A DNA stretch of 32,000 nucleotides from Candidatus Heimdallarchaeota archaeon (GTDB lineage Archaea > Asgardarchaeota > Heimdallarchaeia > JABLTI01), in NCBI GenBank assembly GCA_030614005.1, contig JAUWKS010000014.1, positions 1 through 32,000 of the forward strand, written 5' to 3'. Below are positions 16,946-24,811 of this stretch, piece by piece. Each line of letters opens with the position of its first letter. Position 1 is the stretch's first letter. A program made the position numbers and the translations under genes. Under the pieces are notes generated by a model, which saw only the letters and a list, made by a program, of their open reading frames with translations, did not search any database and was not told the DNA's origin.

Positions 16946-17827
16946 TTATTCAGGAAACTCGGTTACTTTCTTCCGAAATTCCTTTTCAGGATAAATGTAT
17001 CCTTGTCGTGGTGGCATACTATTGTAAACTTTTTCAATATCAATAACACCACGTGATCCACTGATTCCTTGAAAAGTTCCTTTTACCAGTAAGGTTTCCA
17101 ATTCAAAATCCATTACAAAAACACCTACTTTTGCTTTCTCTGGAATTCTCTTCAAATCTTCTTTGAATTGAGATAGTGTGAATATAATCGTTTTATTTTC
17201 TATTGCACGTGCCTGAAAACAAGGAATAATAACTGGATAGTTGTCTTTTGGGTCTAAATAAGCGATGAATTTTGGAAAGATGGGTCCATTGAATAATTTC
17301 ATTCCAAATTTGGGCAAACGTTCTTCCAAATTACCTGTTTTATATTTTCTTTTTCCAAATAGATTAGCAACTATTCCTTTGATAATTCCAAATAAATTAA
17401 TGTCTCGAATAGCACTTGCTGCTTTTACTTTATTAAAATACGTTTTATACACTCGCATATAGACATTATATCTCATTAAATCAGTTTGATTAAAATCAAC
17501 AGCATCTTCTGCTTCTGTTGAACAGTAATCATAATCAGCTTTTATTTGTAAGAATTTGAATGGCATTTCAGCAGTCATAAATAGAATTCCTTGTTTAGGA
17601 TTAACTAGGATATTTTTCTTGCTAGATCCTTCTGTAAATTGCCCCCATTTTACTGTTTCTTCATTAACAGCTTTATTACTTGCAATCATAGTTATATGTG
17701 GATCTCCGTCCGAATCTATTGTTGCTACGAACTTTGCCATGATTTCTGGAAAAGTAAATTCTACTGCTTCTTGTGTTAGTTTTGGCATCCATTTCAAATT
17801 ATTTTTTTTCTGCTTCATAACTTTCAC
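16946..17827 (-). CDS. Tandem pyridoxamine 5'-phosphate oxidase-like (FMN-binding split barrel) protein
   Basis: Two similar halves: KFVATIDSDGDPHIT ... KNILVNPKQGILF and KFIAYLDPKDNYPVII ... KRIPEKAKVGVFV. Confidence 0.7.
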   Translation of the reverse strand: MKVMKQKKNNLKWMPKLTQEAVEFTFPEIMAKFVATIDSDGDPHITMIASNKAVNEETVKWGQFTEGSSKKNILVNPKQGILFMTAEMPFKFLQIKADYDYCSTEAEDAVDFNQTDLMRYNVYMRVYKTYFNKVKAASAIRDINLFGIIKGIVANLFGKRKYKTGNLEERLPKFGMKLFNGPIFPKFIAYLDPKDNYPVIIPCFQARAIENKTIIFTLSQFKEDLKRIPEKAKVGVFVMDFELETLLVKGTFQGISGSRGVIDIEKVYNSMPPRQGYIYPEKEFRKKVTEFPE

Positions 17828-17839
17828 CCAATAATTTCT

Positions 17840-18838
17840 TTATTGTTGATTATCTTTAGATTCACTTTGTGTAAGTCCTGACCACTGGACATTTTTTGCT
17901 CCTTCCTCAATTGCTACATCATAAAGGGATTCAATATCTTCTTTTTTCAATAATGGTATGTCTTGTAGAGACCACTGAATGTCCATTCTTTGATATTTGT
18001 CTGTAGCAAGATTATTGAAAGCTAATAAATCCCATCGTTCTATTTTATTCTTCAATTCATTTACAATGAATTTCGCAATTCCTCTTACATTTTCTTCCGT
18101 TGCTGTATATTGAGGGATAATTGGTGTTCGTATCCAAAGTTTTTTTCCATCCTCTCTTAACTTTTGAGCGAGCCAAATACAATTTTGTAGAATTGTTTCA
18201 TTTGGCACTCCAGTAAATACATTATGTTTTGCTGAATCTATTTCTTTCAAGTCATAAAGGAATAAATCTACAAATGGTAGTATTCTTTTGAGGTTCTTTA
18301 GAGAAGTATACCCACAAGTGTCAAAAGCAGTCATTAGACCTTTTTCTTTGCATTGCTTAAGAAATTCAACAACAAAATCAGTTTGCATTGTTGGCTCTCC
18401 TCCGGAAACAGTTACTCCCCCACCTGATTTCTCATAATATACACGATCTTTCTCTACTTCATGAAGCAAATCAGCAACAGACCATTTCAAGCCAAATATT
18501 TGCAAAGCTGTTGAAGGACATTCCTCTACACATTTTCCGCAAATCGAACATTTCTCTCTATCAATTTGTAACCCCTTATCATCGAATTTTAATGCGTTAT
18601 CTGGACATATTTCCACACAAGTTTTACATCCGATACATTTTATTTCAAACCATTGTATCCCTTGTTTAGTAGGGATTGATTCAGGATTATGGCACCAGTC
18701 ACATTTTAGTGGGCATCCTTTCAAGAATATCGATGTTCGTATTCCTGGTCCATCTTCTGTTGATAATTTTTGGATTTCAAGCACTAATCCTTTCAATGAT
18801 GTTTTCTCATCTATTGATGTAGTTGATAGAGTGTTCAC
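17840..18838 (-). CDS. Glycyl-radical enzyme activating enzyme (radical SAM, ferredoxin-insert type)
   Basis: DGPGIRTSIFLKGCPLKCDWCHNPES, two CxxCxxCxxxC motifs, GGVTVSGGEP, DLFLYDLKEID; AAGGAG upstream of the GTG start. Confidence 0.95.
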   Translation of the reverse strand: MNTLSTTSIDEKTSLKGLVLEIQKLSTEDGPGIRTSIFLKGCPLKCDWCHNPESIPTKQGIQWFEIKCIGCKTCVEICPDNALKFDDKGLQIDREKCSICGKCVEECPSTALQIFGLKWSVADLLHEVEKDRVYYEKSGGGVTVSGGEPTMQTDFVVEFLKQCKEKGLMTAFDTCGYTSLKNLKRILPFVDLFLYDLKEIDSAKHNVFTGVPNETILQNCIWLAQKLREDGKKLWIRTPIIPQYTATEENVRGIAKFIVNELKNKIERWDLLAFNNLATDKYQRMDIQWSLQDIPLLKKEDIESLYDVAIEEGAKNVQWSGLTQSESKDNQQ

Positions 18839-18866
18839 CTTGTAAACTCCTTAGACACTGGTATGC

Positions 18867-21389
18867 TTACATTTTGTGAGATTTTCTTGCAATAATTTCA
18901 TCTTGCAATTCTTTGCCAATAGAGGTAAAGTACGCGTTATACCCTGTTACTCTGACAAGTAGATTGCCATAGTTTTCCGGGTGTTGTTGTGCATCTATCA
19001 GCATCTCTGAATCAATAATATTTATTTGTAATGCTGTTCCACCATTTTCCACATATGCTTTAATATAAGCTTTGAATTTCTCTTTGTGTTCCTTGTTTCT
19101 TAGAATATTTGGATTAAATGTTATTGTGTGTGAAGCGCCATTTGGTAGAACATTGATATAGCTTCCATTATCTTCTTTTCCACCGAGGGCAATTCCGACA
19201 GAATTTGCTACTGCCGTTGGTCCTTTTGTATCTGCACCACTTGTTGGACAGATTGCATTCGATAAAAATGTCCCAGCATAGCGCCCATTGGGTGTTGCGA
19301 TAGTATAAAAAGCATCATTTCCAGCCCAGTAATTCCATGAAAGCATTCCTGGTCTAAATTGATAATCTGTTGGAGTTTTATATTTCCATGTTTCTTGTGC
19401 CCAAATATCCATTACTTCTTTTGCAAGAGTATCAGCTTCATCATCGTTGTTCCCGTATTTTGGAGCTTTATTTGCCAGTTTAGCACGTAGTATTTCATAC
19501 TCTTTCTTGCCTTTGAAATCGTTTTCTAGTGCTTCTTTGATCTGCTTGAAAGAATATTCTTTCTTATCGAATACATAATGTTTGATTGCAAGTAAGGAAT
19601 CAACTGTTGTAGCAAACCCAACTCCTTCTATAGTCATAAAAGCATATTTTGGTGGTCCTGCACGGATATCTACTCCTTTTTCTATACAATCATCAACAAG
19701 TATTGAGAGATAGGGTGTTGGCATATATTTTGCTCGAGTAAGTTCTGTTCGATTATAGTCTTCAACAGTGTACTTTATCATAAATTCAATTTGCTTTTTC
19801 CATGCAGCAAAAAACTCTTCCCAATTTTCAAACTTTTCCGGGTCGCCAGTATTAGGACCTAATTTTCTATTTGCTTTTGTTGGACGTTTAAAACCAGGCA
19901 TATTCTTTCCGCCCCATAGAACCAATTCAATGCTTTTAGCAAGATTTGGATTACAATTTACTGTGCCCGATCTATCATTCCCACACATAGTGTTTTCCAA
20001 ACACCCAACACATCCATAATCCCATACTTCATCTTCTGGGATTCCTTCTAGAACTAATCCTGCCATACTACGTTCATCGAAATTGAGAATAAATGGTGCA
20101 CCTTGTGAACGTGTAATCATGTCTAAAATGACCTCATATAATTTATCTGGAGAATTTTTGTGTAAACGGACATTTGGTTTTGGCTCCAATATTGGAGCCC
20201 ATTCATCAAAGACTTCGAGAATCATGTACGTTAAATCATTAGTTACATCTTCACCATTTGGTCCCAATCCAGAAAGAGTCATTAATTGACCAAAACCTGA
20301 TGTTATCCCTTGCATCCCGATTTTTATTTGAGCATCATAAGCTGTATTGCAGTGGAAAACAAACGAACTAAAGATATCTTTAGCAAAATCTCTATCAATG
20401 TTTTTCTCTTTGATTACGTCCTTTTCAAATAATTCTCCTAAGTACTGATCCAATCTACCAAAACTAGTTCCTGGTCCAGGATAGCTTTCTTCGGCCATTA
20501 TTAACATATGAGTTAACCATAACGATTGCATTCCTTGCCAGAATGTTTGCGCTGGTTCCCATGGAACAATTTCAAGATTTTGTGCCATTTGTTCTAATTC
20601 ATCTTGTCGTTGTTTAGAGTTTGATTCTTTAATTAATCTTCGACATTCCTCTGCATATTTCTTAGCTAGATTTCGAGGGATTTCCGCAGAAATCATCATC
20701 GCTCTAAGTTCTTTGCCTTTTGATCCATTTTTCTCTTTTTCAGTTAGAGATTCATACGTTTTCTTTGCTTTCCGGAAGACAAATTTGAATCCTTTTTCAA
20801 TAATTATTTTATAATCGGCTATCAAATGGCCCCCAGTTGCTCCTAGGTTTCCAAAACCATTTTTATGATATTTGAAGGCAGCATGTCGGTTTCGAAGGTT
20901 CTCCTTTTCAAATTGCACATATTCTTTTTCATTTAAGCATTTAGAAAGTTGAGTGTTGAATTGACCACCTGCAATAAGATCATTTGTTGAGATTATTTCT
21001 TGTGGGATATAATTTAGCATAACCTCTTCGAAGAATGTAGACCTTCTCTCTGGTAATGAAAGCTTCCAAAATCCTTCTGGAAGTTTTACATTTTTAGCCA
21101 TTAGTTCAATGGACATGTTATATAGTCCTTTAGTATTTTCACCTATGAAAGCGTAAGTGTCTGGAACAATATAGAAATCGCCCTCATTCCAGATTCGCTC
21201 TCCCCAAGATGCTCCTGTTGAAAAGACCATATATTGATTATTCCATTCACGATCATTTCCTTGAAAATAATAATCTCGAAGCCATTTTGCTCTTGAGGAT
21301 AGGTTATGTGGTTCTGCAACTTTAAATTTTGGACCTGTTACTGGTGTTTTACAACTAGCATTTGTTGGTGGTTTTTTAGATTCTGCCAT
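18867..21389 (-). CDS. Glycyl radical enzyme (PFL-like superfamily, non-canonical), substrate unknown
   Basis: C-terminal glycyl-radical motif NLLVRVTGYNAYF, Cys loop GCVGCLE, SFGRLDQYL, PNVRLH, YGNNDDEAD, TPNGR, KGPTAV; 840 aa. Confidence 0.93.
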   Translation of the reverse strand: MAESKKPPTNASCKTPVTGPKFKVAEPHNLSSRAKWLRDYYFQGNDREWNNQYMVFSTGASWGERIWNEGDFYIVPDTYAFIGENTKGLYNMSIELMAKNVKLPEGFWKLSLPERRSTFFEEVMLNYIPQEIISTNDLIAGGQFNTQLSKCLNEKEYVQFEKENLRNRHAAFKYHKNGFGNLGATGGHLIADYKIIIEKGFKFVFRKAKKTYESLTEKEKNGSKGKELRAMMISAEIPRNLAKKYAEECRRLIKESNSKQRQDELEQMAQNLEIVPWEPAQTFWQGMQSLWLTHMLIMAEESYPGPGTSFGRLDQYLGELFEKDVIKEKNIDRDFAKDIFSSFVFHCNTAYDAQIKIGMQGITSGFGQLMTLSGLGPNGEDVTNDLTYMILEVFDEWAPILEPKPNVRLHKNSPDKLYEVILDMITRSQGAPFILNFDERSMAGLVLEGIPEDEVWDYGCVGCLENTMCGNDRSGTVNCNPNLAKSIELVLWGGKNMPGFKRPTKANRKLGPNTGDPEKFENWEEFFAAWKKQIEFMIKYTVEDYNRTELTRAKYMPTPYLSILVDDCIEKGVDIRAGPPKYAFMTIEGVGFATTVDSLLAIKHYVFDKKEYSFKQIKEALENDFKGKKEYEILRAKLANKAPKYGNNDDEADTLAKEVMDIWAQETWKYKTPTDYQFRPGMLSWNYWAGNDAFYTIATPNGRYAGTFLSNAICPTSGADTKGPTAVANSVGIALGGKEDNGSYINVLPNGASHTITFNPNILRNKEHKEKFKAYIKAYVENGGTALQINIIDSEMLIDAQQHPENYGNLLVRVTGYNAYFTSIGKELQDEIIARKSHKM

Positions 21390-21432
21390 CTTGTGTTAAA
21401 TCCTTTACAATCAATTCTAAGTACAAGAAATA

Positions 21433-21452
21433 GCACCACATTTATCTGGTGC
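21433..21452. promoter_or_regulatory. Inverted repeat upstream of the GRE operon, candidate operator
   Basis: GCACCA-N8-TGGTGC; the spacer reads GATAAATG (TATA-like) on the minus strand, 44 nt upstream of the GRE ATG. Confidence 0.3.
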
Positions 21453-21535
21453 AATTTAATATTGTCGAAAAATAGATAGTTAGATACACATTATAATCTT
21501 TTGATTAAGTTATTAAGAAAAAAAAGGAAATGATA

Positions 21536-22261
21536 TTACCTTCCACCTAAACCAGGGAAGTAATATTTTTTACCTTCAGCGTAGCTGGCATCTACACGAG
21601 CTATACCAGTATCTCTCATTGCTTCTAATGCACGTTCACTTCTTTCTTGATTCCAGCCTGTTTTCATAATTAGCTCTTCTATTGAGATCCAACCTTTCCT
21701 GGTTGATAGGGCTAAGACTTCTTCTTGATCTTCAGAGAGATTCGCGGGAATAAATTCGACTAATTTTACGCCGCCTTTTAATTCTCTTACTTCAGGAATG
21801 ACTTTTGCATCAGATAGTTTCTCGATTGATGTTACAACATCTTTTACGGGGATTATTTTCCCAGGACGTCCTTTATTTACGAGGATAACTACTTCTCCTA
21901 AAGTCATTAGTCCTCCTGTATATTCTTGAACTTCTTTTGCTTTCTCAAGAATCTCAACACCAAGGCGCTCAAAGAAATCGCCTCCGCCTATCTTATCCCA
22001 GAAAGTAGCACTTTCTTTCCATTCATAGACTCCAAGTTCATCTGGCAATCCTAATTCTTGTCTCAGTTCCACTAATTTCTTGTAGGAATCTTCATTACCT
22101 GTTATATCTTTCTTCCATTTCTTTTCAAATTTCTTAAGACGACTTTGAAGTTCTCGTATGTTTTCGAGCATAATTTCTAAATCTTCGATCATTATTTCTG
22201 CTTCTTTAGCTTTGAAAGCTGATTTTATTCTAATCTTCTTTTCAATTTCTCTTAAACCCAT
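21536..22261 (-). CDS. vps22: ESCRT-II subunit Vps22/SNF8-like (EAP30 domain)
   Basis: FFERLGVEILE ... TGGLMTLGEV ... DVVTSIEKL and LSEDQEEVLALSTRKGWISIEELIMKTGWNQERSERALEAM..TG....D...YYFPGL align by eye with the two winged-helix domains of eukaryotic SNF8. Confidence 0.88.
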   Translation of the reverse strand: MGLREIEKKIRIKSAFKAKEAEIMIEDLEIMLENIRELQSRLKKFEKKWKKDITGNEDSYKKLVELRQELGLPDELGVYEWKESATFWDKIGGGDFFERLGVEILEKAKEVQEYTGGLMTLGEVVILVNKGRPGKIIPVKDVVTSIEKLSDAKVIPEVRELKGGVKLVEFIPANLSEDQEEVLALSTRKGWISIEELIMKTGWNQERSERALEAMRDTGIARVDASYAEGKKYYFPGLGGR

Positions 22262-22376
22262 AATGTTTCATTCCTTGGTATGTAGCTTAACTTTGGATAA
22301 TTACTCTATATAACCTTTCTATTTACGATTGAACTAGGTATTAATTGGTAAATAAAATTTTAAACGTTCTCTTATT

Positions 22377-23747
22377 ATGAAGATTAAGGTATTTGTAAGT
22401 TTAGTGGGTCTTGATGAAGTAATGAGCTCGACAAATAGTGCTAATGTTAATGTCCGCGAAGAAGTCATTACAATATTGAAGCAATTTGAAGATTCTTCAC
22501 AAACTTTACGTCAAATTATTCGACAACATCTTAGTGCTCACTCCTTTTCATTTCCTGTTGCAGCAAGAATTCAATCATTAGCTTTAGGTGTTATACAATA
22601 TAAGAATACTATCGATTTTATTCTTAACCGGAGCCGATTCAACATATCATTAAAGGAAATCCCAAAAATGGATTTACTTAGACTTCGATTAGCTCTTTTC
22701 GAAGGTCGTTGGCAAAAAATTTCCACTCAAATACTTGAATCTTTTTTAAAGGAAAAAAAATATCTTAAAATCTTGACAAAAGCGATTAATTTAGACCTCG
22801 TTTCTGCCGTTAAATCAATGAAGTCTGAAGAACAAAAAAGTATTCTCTATTCACATCCCACTTTTCTTGTCCACACACTCACAGAAAAATTAGGTGAAAA
22901 GGAAACAATTTCTTTAATGAAGAAGAATAATAGTTCGTTTACATCATATCTTCGAATAAATCAACTAATATCAAATCCAAATGAAATTCTCTCATCTTTA
23001 ATTGAAAAGAAGATAATTTTAGAGCAAGATAAAGATCTTCCATTTCTCTATGTTATCAAAGATGGTATGAAAGCTTTAATTGATACTAATGCATTCAAAA
23101 CTGGAAAAATATTCATTCAAGACAAAGCAAGTATATTGGCTGTCAAAACACTCGATCCACAACCTGGTGATTTCATTTGGGATGCTTGCGCTGCACCTGG
23201 AATGAAAACACATCTAATCTGGGAATTTATGAAAGGTGAAGGCACTCTAATTGCAAGTGATATACATTATCAACGATTACAAAGCGCACAAAAACGCTTT
23301 CTTAGCTATGGCATCAATCAAGTCGAATGGATTCATACTGATGCAGCAAATGCTTCTATCCCAAATGCTAAAAAAATCCTCATAGATGCTCCTTGTACAT
23401 CTACTGGAATTATTCAAAGCCACCCTTCCTATAAATGGCGTTTGAATAAAAAATGGCTCTTCTCTATTATGACTATTCAAAATAAAATTTTAGATGGGAT
23501 AATTTCTAAATATTTAGATAAGCCTGGTACAGAGATTCTCTATTCTACTTGTTCAGTTTTACCTCACGAGGGTGAAAATCAAATTGATTCCGTTTTAGAT
23601 CGTTATAATGTTGAACTTATGAAAGGACCAAATTTTGGGCAGACAGGATATCCAAATTTCAAATGTTCTAAAGAAGTTCGAAGGTTATTCCCACATACAG
23701 ATAATACAAATGGTTTTTTCATTGCTCATCTAAAAATTAGTGAATAA
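22377..23747 (+). CDS. RsmB/NOL1/NOP2/Sun family RNA m5C methyltransferase with NusB-like N-terminal region
   Basis: IQDKAS, WDACAAPGMKT, LIDAPCTSTG, YSTCSVLPHEGE, TNGFFIAHL; N-terminal GVIQYKNTIDFIL ... LRLALFE. Confidence 0.92.
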   Translation: MKIKVFVSLVGLDEVMSSTNSANVNVREEVITILKQFEDSSQTLRQIIRQHLSAHSFSFPVAARIQSLALGVIQYKNTIDFILNRSRFNISLKEIPKMDLLRLRLALFEGRWQKISTQILESFLKEKKYLKILTKAINLDLVSAVKSMKSEEQKSILYSHPTFLVHTLTEKLGEKETISLMKKNNSSFTSYLRINQLISNPNEILSSLIEKKIILEQDKDLPFLYVIKDGMKALIDTNAFKTGKIFIQDKASILAVKTLDPQPGDFIWDACAAPGMKTHLIWEFMKGEGTLIASDIHYQRLQSAQKRFLSYGINQVEWIHTDAANASIPNAKKILIDAPCTSTGIIQSHPSYKWRLNKKWLFSIMTIQNKILDGIISKYLDKPGTEILYSTCSVLPHEGENQIDSVLDRYNVELMKGPNFGQTGYPNFKCSKEVRRLFPHTDNTNGFFIAHLKISE

Positions 23748-23761
23748 AAAGAAATGAATGA

Positions 23762-23787
23762 AGAAAAGATTTTACTTAATCTTTTCT
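23762..23787. terminator. Hairpin between convergent m5C methyltransferase and 100-aa ORF
   Basis: AGAAAAGATT-TTACTT-AATCTTTTCT perfect 10-bp stem touching the stop of 23786..24088(-). Confidence 0.55.
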
Positions 23788-24088
23788 AAATCGGTGGTTG
23801 CTTGTAATATTTTCTCAACCATTGGTAGATTTTTTCTCGAAGTTTGTTTTCATCTTTATTTTCAAGAGGAAGAGCTTTTTTGTCTATGTAAGTATTATAG
23901 AGGTTTTTCAACACTCCTCGAATTTGCCCAGACAATTGATGCCTCTTTCCAAAAGTCTTCTCAGCTTCAATCAATGCATTATTTAGTTCTTCTAGAACAA
24001 AATCAGAATCTAGGGAAATCTCAAGATAATTTAATATTTCTCGAAAGTGCTTGTATAGATTTCTATAAGCTACTGGATTTCCGCGCAT
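23786..24088 (-). CDS. Hypothetical all-helical protein (100 aa) downstream of vps28
   Basis: AGGAG upstream of the ATG, amphipathic helical periodicity, hairpin at its stop; co-oriented with the ESCRT-I genes. Confidence 0.7.
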   Translation of the reverse strand: MRGNPVAYRNLYKHFREILNYLEISLDSDFVLEELNNALIEAEKTFGKRHQLSGQIRGVLKNLYNTYIDKKALPLENKDENKLREKIYQWLRKYYKQPPI

Positions 24089-24156
24089 GATATTTCTTTT
24101 CTCCTAATTGTTCTGATTTTATTAAAAATATTGGAAAGGGCAATTGCCTTGATTTT

Positions 24157-24798
24157 CTAATCACCTCGTAGTGATCTTCTGAAACTGTTCAACCATCTAA
24201 CGGCTTCAAATTCTAATCGTTTGATTAGACCATCTTCAAGCACCTCATCAGGAGGCTTTGCTTCTAACATTTCTTTCCAATTGTTGATTTCTTTGACAAC
24301 ATCTGATTTAGGTCCAAAACCTGGATAAGCTTTCAATATAGCTTCCATATCATCAAGATTTGGTACGATAAGGTCAATTCGAGCTACACTTCGTAAGCGA
24401 AGTAAATCAATCAATTCAATTGCTCCAGCTACGAAATCAGCTGTTTTTGCTGGGAGATTTTTCATATGTTGGAAGGGCATTGCTACCGTTTCAACATTTT
24501 CTCCTCCAATTGGAATGGGGGCTACTCCTTCAGCAAATCGAAGTTTTTCAGCACCATAGGGATATTTCTGAGCAATTGATTCTCTATCAAGGAACCCATC
24601 AAGATTGAACCCTAATTTTTGCAATTTAAAGCGTGCTTTAAATGCATCTCTAATTAAAGAGCGTAGCTGACGGCGATACATACCTGGATCGAGTATCCCA
24701 TCTGCAAAACTTTGGCTTAAATTATCGATAGTTGCTATACATGAGAATAGCTCTGCTTCAAGTTCAAACTGGGATTTATTTTTTGACGAATAAGACAT
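24157..24798 (-). CDS. vps28: ESCRT-I subunit Vps28-like
   Basis: AELFSCIATIDNLSQSFADGILDPGMY (N-terminal SB hairpin) and ADFVAGAIELIDLLRL ... IVPNLDDM ... WKEML ... DEVLED ... LEFEAVRWLNSF parallel human VPS28 over the full length. Confidence 0.9.
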   Translation of the reverse strand: MSYSSKNKSQFELEAELFSCIATIDNLSQSFADGILDPGMYRRQLRSLIRDAFKARFKLQKLGFNLDGFLDRESIAQKYPYGAEKLRFAEGVAPIPIGGENVETVAMPFQHMKNLPAKTADFVAGAIELIDLLRLRSVARIDLIVPNLDDMEAILKAYPGFGPKSDVVKEINNWKEMLEAKPPDEVLEDGLIKRLEFEAVRWLNSFRRSLRGD

Positions 24799-24811
24799 TT
24801 TTCTTTACCTC

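Noticed and set aside
18867-21389. Annotation as pyruvate formate-lyase (pflB), CutC or glycerol dehydratase
   Set aside because: Lacks the adjacent CC pair of PFL, the activase has a ferredoxin insert, and the Cys loop (GCLE) and following strand differ from GCVE-type eliminases.
23786-24088. Assigning the 100-aa ORF as Vps37, Vps25 or ESCRT-III
   Set aside because: No SB hairpin, no PPxY-type start or winged-helix pattern, and no basic-N/acidic-C Snf7 pattern.
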